The position numbers were made by a program, and so were the translations under genes. The notes beneath the pieces are model-generated. The model had not been told where the DNA came from and searched no databases. It worked only from the letters and a program-made list of their open reading frames with translations. From Candidatus Heimdallarchaeota archaeon (GTDB lineage Archaea; Asgardarchaeota; Heimdallarchaeia; Hodarchaeales; Hodarchaeaceae), in the NCBI GenBank assembly GCA_048881705.1, contig JBHLSH010000001.1, forward strand, positions 96,001-160,000: a stretch of 64,000 nucleotides of DNA, in the 5' to 3' direction. Position 1 is the stretch's first letter. Each line of letters opens with the position of its first letter. This document shows, piece after piece, positions 58,528-64,000 of the stretch.

Positions 58528-59505
58528 ATGAGTGAAGGCAAACGCATGAAATTGATAGAACAACAGCAGCAAGATAAGCAGCGATTGAAAGATATTCAAA
58601 CACAACTGAACGCACTGAAAACTAAACTTTTAGCATTGGAAACTGAAAAGGAACGGATTGAACAGCAAATCGCAGGCCGTGAACAAGAAATCAGGGACCA
58701 AGCCAACTCTGAGAGTGATATAAGTCAAATTCAGCTACAAGAAGAAGGTCAATTGGGCATTCTAAAGGAAATTTGGTTTTTCCCCTCCTGGAATCAATTG
58801 ATTGATACGAATTTTAAGGGATTTTATTTAAATCAGCCTGTAATGGAATTAAAAAGAGATTCCGTCTTGTTAATCCCGGATATTACTCTCACAGGAACTG
58901 ACGAAACAACTGGTGAAGCTTTTATCCTTGTTGTAGGTGTTGGTGTTTATTATGCTCAATTCTCTATCTCTTTGGGAAAAATCATTACAGATTTTCGTGA
59001 AATCTGCGGGATTGTATTACCCACTGAAGCTTTTATTCGAGCTCAGGATCAAGCCAGCTCGACAATCAACTCTCAAAAATTAGAAATGACAGAGTACATG
59101 ACTAAGATTCCGTTTACTTTTCTTTTAGAACGAGAAACAACTCAGATGTATATGCGAGGTGTTGTAACGAGGAATATAATGCATCCAAATAAGGAAATCT
59201 TTGATCTATTAGAAAATTTGTGTAAATCAAAAACGACACTTTCAGAGGAAGACGGCTTTAAGATTTTATCAGGGGGGTTATCTGCAGAACATTCAATCTA
59301 CAAGAACGAATTATTAACAGAAAAACAAATACCTGAGTACAGTCGAATTACTGCGGGGTTAAAAAACGTTAAACCAACGTTAGGAAAGATTATGAGTACC
59401 TTACAGTTAGAAGAAATGAGGGCTCAGATCTTTAAGAATATAAAGCAAATCAAACACGATTATACCACTATTGGGCTTCCCCGATTACGCGATTGGATGC
59501 CGTAG
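58528..59505 (+). CDS. Hypothetical protein with an N-terminal coiled coil
   Basis: Heptads over res 5-60, then a globular region of unknown family. Confidence 0.75.
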   Translation: MSEGKRMKLIEQQQQDKQRLKDIQTQLNALKTKLLALETEKERIEQQIAGREQEIRDQANSESDISQIQLQEEGQLGILKEIWFFPSWNQLIDTNFKGFYLNQPVMELKRDSVLLIPDITLTGTDETTGEAFILVVGVGVYYAQFSISLGKIITDFREICGIVLPTEAFIRAQDQASSTINSQKLEMTEYMTKIPFTFLLERETTQMYMRGVVTRNIMHPNKEIFDLLENLCKSKTTLSEEDGFKILSGGLSAEHSIYKNELLTEKQIPEYSRITAGLKNVKPTLGKIMSTLQLEEMRAQIFKNIKQIKHDYTTIGLPRLRDWMP

Positions 59506-59602
59506 GCTTTTTATTGTATAAAAATGAAGGATTTTCTTTTTTCCTTATTATCCATTGTAAGAAGTAGGGTCTTAGGATAGGGAACGAAGTAATACGGAAT
59601 GT

Positions 59603-60304
59603 TCAGTTTTTACTAAGTTCGGCCACCAGGATATCCCGAATGACTTGCTGGATGGGCATGATGATTCGTTGTACTGGCTGAGGTCGAGATTTCGGGTTCC
59701 AGTTTCCACTACTCCATGTTTCCTTTAATGCCTGTAAAGCCTCCAAACATGAAACTTCATGCACACTGGCAAAAGTGTCTCGTAACTTGTCCGAGACCCC
59801 TGCTTCCACCATCAAACGCCCAACATCTGCTGCCGAAATACGTGTGCCAACGGGTAAATCCATCTTATTTAGCATTATCTGCAATTTGACTTCTCCATTG
59901 AGGAGTTTATCTTCTAAGATCTCAAACAATTCCGTAAGCGAAGTTTTGTTCTCCTCCCACCGCGCAGATTCTGAATCCAACACGACTATGATGCCATGAA
60001 GGCCATTCACAACGATCTTACGCATGCTTTTGAAACGATCTTGTCCAGGAGTCGTAAAGAGGTGATATTTAAATTCTCTTCCCGTACCTGTACCCAAACC
60101 GAAGGTAGCCTGATCGAATCCGATGGTACGCTCCGTAGCCTTGTCTTCAAGTTTGAGGAAATTATAGACATTCTCGGGATCTTCCCGTTTTTTTATGGCG
60201 TGGAAAAGCGAGAGCGCCGTGGTCTTCCCAGCCATCGTTGCACCCCAAAAGACGATCTTAATTCCCTGTTTGCTCTCTTCAAAGACAACCTCTTCTTGGC
60301 TCAA
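59603..60304 (-). CDS. MglA-like small GTPase
   Basis: KIVFWGATMAGKTT, ERTIGFD (MglA DRTLFFD-like), TTPGQ, GIIVVLDS and NKMD motifs. TTG start. Confidence 0.9.
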   Translation of the reverse strand: MSQEEVVFEESKQGIKIVFWGATMAGKTTALSLFHAIKKREDPENVYNFLKLEDKATERTIGFDQATFGLGTGTGREFKYHLFTTPGQDRFKSMRKIVVNGLHGIIVVLDSESARWEENKTSLTELFEILEDKLLNGEVKLQIMLNKMDLPVGTRISAADVGRLMVEAGVSDKLRDTFASVHEVSCLEALQALKETWSSGNWNPKSRPQPVQRIIMPIQQVIRDILVAELSKN

Positions 60305-60524
60305 TATCAGTTCCTCGTGTTCCTGTATAGTACGTTTATAATGAGATTCGTGATCGTTCCGATGACGGATCTGCTCGAGAACGTGGTAACAGTGTGGTTC
60401 TAAATTTTCGATGTGTCTATCTTAAAAGCTGCTTGCTTTTTTTTAAAGATTAGGGAACGCTCTCAAAACCGACAATAAAACAAAATCAGAGGATCTTAGG
60501 TACAAGTGAAGGTGGAAAACACAG

Positions 60525-61250
60525 ATGACGGAGCATTATGATGTAATAGCGGTTTCTCCTCATCCAGACGACGCTGAGATCGGATGTGGCGGCACTCTAG
60601 CACTGCTATCGAACGAGGGATATCGCTGCGGAATCATTGACCTTACAGATGGGGAGCCCACGCCTTTCAATGATGACCCCGCAATTCGAATTGAAGAGTC
60701 GCTTCAATCTGCAAAAACATTAGGAATCGAACGAATTTTACTTGATCTGCCTAATCGTACACTTATGGATTCCATTAAGGCCCGTTTAGCTCTGGCAAGG
60801 GCATTCCGTCAAACCCAGCCACGAATCGTAATTGGAATGCAGGGGGTCACCCCTAATGCCTCGCCAGATCACCATCAAAGCCAATTGATTTTTGACGCGG
60901 CAATCTTCTATAGTCGCCTATCAAAGTGGGAACATCACTTTGATGGGTTACCTCCCTGGCGTATACCTCAAACCTTTTACTATTACACTGCTCGAGAAAT
61001 CCATAGCGAAGGTTTTTTTCCCCTTCAGTTTATTGTTGATATTTCAAATCAATTCGAGAGAAAAAAGGAAGCTCTTTTGCAGTACAAAAGCCAATTTCGA
61101 GCTCATCCCTCATATAATCCACCTATCTTGGACTGGATTGAGGGCATGGGGCGCTATTTCGGCTCATTGATCGGTTGTAAATATGGCGAGATATTCTATG
61201 GAACCAAGGTTTTGAACGTGAATCTATTCCAAACCTATCTTTCGAGATGA
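60525..61250 (+). CDS. PIG-L family deacetylase (BshB1-like)
   Basis: SPHPDDAEIGCGGTL, DLTDGE, SPDHHQ, VDIS...KKEALLQYKSQF and GSLIGCKYGE motifs. Confidence 0.9.
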   Translation: MTEHYDVIAVSPHPDDAEIGCGGTLALLSNEGYRCGIIDLTDGEPTPFNDDPAIRIEESLQSAKTLGIERILLDLPNRTLMDSIKARLALARAFRQTQPRIVIGMQGVTPNASPDHHQSQLIFDAAIFYSRLSKWEHHFDGLPPWRIPQTFYYYTAREIHSEGFFPLQFIVDISNQFERKKEALLQYKSQFRAHPSYNPPILDWIEGMGRYFGSLIGCKYGEIFYGTKVLNVNLFQTYLSR

Positions 61251-62182
61251 CGGGAACGCGCGATTTTCGCCGCCATCAGGGCATATTCCAAAAATTCACG
61301 ACTGCCTAGCTGGTCGATTGAGGCCTTTAACGCCTTTAGAATCTGTTCTTGCCGTTGGTCTTGCTTATCAAATGAGGGCTGGGAGAGGCATTTACTATAA
61401 AAGACGGCGGCATCTTGAAAATTCCCTAATTTGAAAAGCCCTTCTGCTATTGCATGATGATCGCTCCACGGATCTCGTTTGGACTCAGACTGCAATTCAT
61501 CGAGTAAATCCGCATAATGTTTTAGGGCAATGATTGCACATCTTAAGGTATCGATTACCGCGTGTTTGGCCAGGATATCACATGCTTTAACTTGGAGAGA
61601 CATAACCAGTCTTTTTTGTTCAGAGGGACGATCAGACATACTAGTACCTAATGTATCAAGCACTCGCCAATATTGAGGAATTTCATAGCCTTCGATAGGA
61701 TCAGAAACTCGTTGAAGAATTCGTGACTTAGTGCCAAATTCGGCCAAATCCTTAACATCCATATTGGGACCAAGAATGTCAGCTAGACCAATATCACGGA
61801 ATTTTGGATTATAGTATGATCCCATATAGCTATAAAATTCCAAGTAGTTGGGGATAATGTTTGTTATATATTCCAACACCCTCCGTTTAAATTGTTCAAA
61901 GCGGGTATTATTTGTTAGATGAAACAAACAGATTTCGGATCCATGTGCTACACACATAGAGATAATTTGTCCGAGCGGTCCATCTGATTCCAGTTTGAAG
62001 ATACAAGTCCCGCTTGGTAGCGTAATCGGAATCTCGACCGTTTTTTCAAAGGTAGAAACTGTAAGGTCAGATACCTTTACCCAAGGTTCTGCCAAAACAT
62101 TGGAAAATATCCAGAGCTCTGGCTGATTGGCCAGTTCAAATAATGTTTTTCGAGTTCTTTTGTGAGACACAGCCGTATCCAC
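61235..62182 (-). CDS. Hypothetical protein with a C-terminal TPR-like region
   Basis: IAEGLFKLGNFQDAAVFYSKCL is TPR-like; N-terminus unrecognised. Confidence 0.7.
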   Translation of the reverse strand: MDTAVSHKRTRKTLFELANQPELWIFSNVLAEPWVKVSDLTVSTFEKTVEIPITLPSGTCIFKLESDGPLGQIISMCVAHGSEICLFHLTNNTRFEQFKRRVLEYITNIIPNYLEFYSYMGSYYNPKFRDIGLADILGPNMDVKDLAEFGTKSRILQRVSDPIEGYEIPQYWRVLDTLGTSMSDRPSEQKRLVMSLQVKACDILAKHAVIDTLRCAIIALKHYADLLDELQSESKRDPWSDHHAIAEGLFKLGNFQDAAVFYSKCLSQPSFDKQDQRQEQILKALKASIDQLGSREFLEYALMAAKIARSRHLER

Positions 62183-62215
62183 ACTGGTATCAATATCAAT
62201 TCTAGATAAGTTTTT

Positions 62216-64000
62216 CTAACGTCGGACTCGCACGGCTACTCCACGGTTAAAATCCAGCATTTCAGGGACAGAAAGGACACTCTTTCCATAATTCAGAAAC
62301 GAACCTTGTTTATTCACGATAAGAACCTCCTCGCCGCATCGAATCATAGGATCCGCTTTTATAACGAACTTTGCCAAGAGATCTTTATTCTGTTTGACAA
62401 ATGGTACTGCTTCATCGCTCGCCTCGACTCGCATTTGAGGCCTAGGAAGGAAATTGTACAGCATCTCGGCAAATCTAGGCGACGGTACAATAATGAAGTC
62501 GGAGGCCCTAAAAGTTCCTAAGAGATCATCACCTTCGGTAAAACGCCGTAACACCCCAGTTTTTTGCGATCTTTCAATTGTAAGGTTAATATTCTCAAGT
62601 AATTTATGAGAACCAGCTCCGAATTGATAATCAACAATTGCTTTTATGATATAAACGTCATCCCGCCTGCTTAAGGATCTTGGGCGTTCGAAAAAATCAA
62701 AACCTTGAAGAAGTTCGTTTTCAACGGAGACTGATGGATGGATCAATATTTCTTTGAATTTGGATTTAAATCTGTTAAGAAAAACCTCGATATATTCAAT
62801 GATCTCTGAAGAAATTTCCATTGGAATCCGTTCGTGTTGTACCAAGGGATATACTCCTAGCAACTCATCGGGGATAATCCCAAAGGTGGGAGACAGGCGT
62901 ATAACTTGATAAGACTGCGAGGAATGCAATTTTTGATTTTCCCGGGTAATAACCAACTTAGAACTCCAAGAAAAGAATCGTTCCATTATTCTTTGGCGAT
63001 AACGAAGTAACAGAGGCTGATTAATCAAGATTGGATGAGTGATCAGTAATGCTCTAGTCTTTGAAGCTGTTTCAAAGGGTTCGACGAGTTTTGATGTTGA
63101 TTTGCCAAAAAGAAGGTTGATATTTTTCATCAATGAAGGATGAGCCGCTGCGCGGACCAGTGCTAGTTCATATAATCGCCCCTCTGTGATCGCTTGTCTA
63201 ATTCTCCGAATTTCTTCCAGGCTCACAATCAAGTTATGTTTGGCTAACAGAATTGTACGGGTTTCCAAATCGAGGTGACGTAATTCTACAGGGACAAAAT
63301 TAACACACACCTCACATGAGCAAGGGAAATACTCCAGATTTTCCAAGTATTCAGTACCAGTTACCGTGATATAGCGATTTTTCTGGGCATAAAGCATATA
63401 GGCGGCAGAATCGAAAACATCAACACCAAGAAGTACCGCAATCCCAAAAATCATGGGATGTCCTGCCCCAAACAGATGAATCGGTCTATTGGTGGGAAGA
63501 TGCTGCTTGATTGTCAGAAGCATTCGAATAACGTTTTCATAATCATATTTCTCAAGGAGTGGAACAACTGATCCAAGAGGGTGAATATGAAAAGGATGTT
63601 TGCGCATCTTTTCACATGATGATTCAATTAAATCCAAATGTATCCCCCCTTGAATAGGACCCGCCCATAGAATTGGATTATCGGAGCTTCTAAGCTTTAA
63701 ATTTTCTTCAGCTCTCTTAACAGTCTTTTCCAATGCTGCTTTATGGTCCTCATACTTCTCAGTTTTGACCGGAACGTCCAAAAATACCCCGATGTCGCTT
63801 CCTATTTGTTCCTGAAATTGTATAATCTCAAGGTTGGATACTTCGACATCCCCGTATTGCATTAGTTGAAATGCCCCCGAATCAGTCATTATGGGGCCCG
63901 AAAACCCTAGATATTTATGTAATCCTGATTGAAGGACACTTTCTCGGTTTTCAGCGTTACGGAACAAGAGATATGCGTTAGTGATAAATGCTTCCGCACC
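62216..64000 (-). CDS. tgtA: Archaeal tRNA-guanine(15) transglycosylase (arcTGT) with PUA domain; start lies beyond the window edge
   Basis: The frame stays open to base 64000 (GAEAFITNAYLLFR). MTDSGAFQL, GPIQGG, HLFGAGHP, DVFDSAAY, CSCEVC, C-terminal PUA and RGVAVRVR. Confidence 0.96.
   Translation of the reverse strand, partial: GAEAFITNAYLLFRNAENRESVLQSGLHKYLGFSGPIMTDSGAFQLMQYGDVEVSNLEIIQFQEQIGSDIGVFLDVPVKTEKYEDHKAALEKTVKRAEENLKLRSSDNPILWAGPIQGGIHLDLIESSCEKMRKHPFHIHPLGSVVPLLEKYDYENVIRMLLTIKQHLPTNRPIHLFGAGHPMIFGIAVLLGVDVFDSAAYMLYAQKNRYITVTGTEYLENLEYFPCSCEVCVNFVPVELRHLDLETRTILLAKHNLIVSLEEIRRIRQAITEGRLYELALVRAAAHPSLMKNINLLFGKSTSKLVEPFETASKTRALLITHPILINQPLLLRYRQRIMERFFSWSSKLVITRENQKLHSSQSYQVIRLSPTFGIIPDELLGVYPLVQHERIPMEISSEIIEYIEVFLNRFKSKFKEILIHPSVSVENELLQGFDFFERPRSLSRRDDVYIIKAIVDYQFGAGSHKLLENINLTIERSQKTGVLRRFTEGDDLLGTFRASDFIIVPSPRFAEMLYNFLPRPQMRVEASDEAVPFVKQNKDLLAKFVIKADPMIRCGEEVLIVNKQGSFLNYGKSVLSVPEMLDFNRGVAVRVRR

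Noticed and set aside
1-64000. CRISPR arrays, rRNA, tRNA, integrases or IS elements
   Set aside because: No regularly spaced repeats, rRNA or tRNA signatures, or recombinase/transposase motifs were seen by manual reading; a tRNAscan-SE or Infernal run would be decisive.

Overview
Gene-dense archaeal chromosome segment, most likely from an Asgard archaeon of the Heimdallarchaeia type. That assignment is inferred from TFE, the archaeosine genes and an archaeal SRP RNA, plus five roadblock/LC7 genes, three longin-like domains, Rab-like and MglA-like small GTPases, and a tail-anchored Q-SNARE-like protein. Housekeeping and metabolic content: SRP RNA, maf, trpB2, two class I/II aminotransferases, a RibD-type reductase, MptA/FolE2, arcS-RaSEA and arcTGT, a regulator-grpE-dnaK-dnaJ operon, tfe, and a histidine/amino-acid catabolic island (hutU, kinase-phospholyase fusion, hutH, M20 hydrolase, glnA-like, hutI). 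I saw no rRNA, tRNA, CRISPR array or transposase. The most striking observations are: (1) a protein with a complete 16-layer Q-SNARE heptad and C-terminal anchor; (2) two apparently catalytically dead cell-division-type NTPase folds, FtsZ-like and MinD-like, each fused to a longin-like domain; (3) a secreted-sensor/transmembrane protein ending in a HEPN RNase motif; (4) a candidate C1orf109/AIRIM-like protein; (5) a 68-aa zinc-ribbon gene with a structured leader of about 140 nt, paired operators and a long downstream hairpin. All family assignments come from motif recognition by eye; no searches were run.
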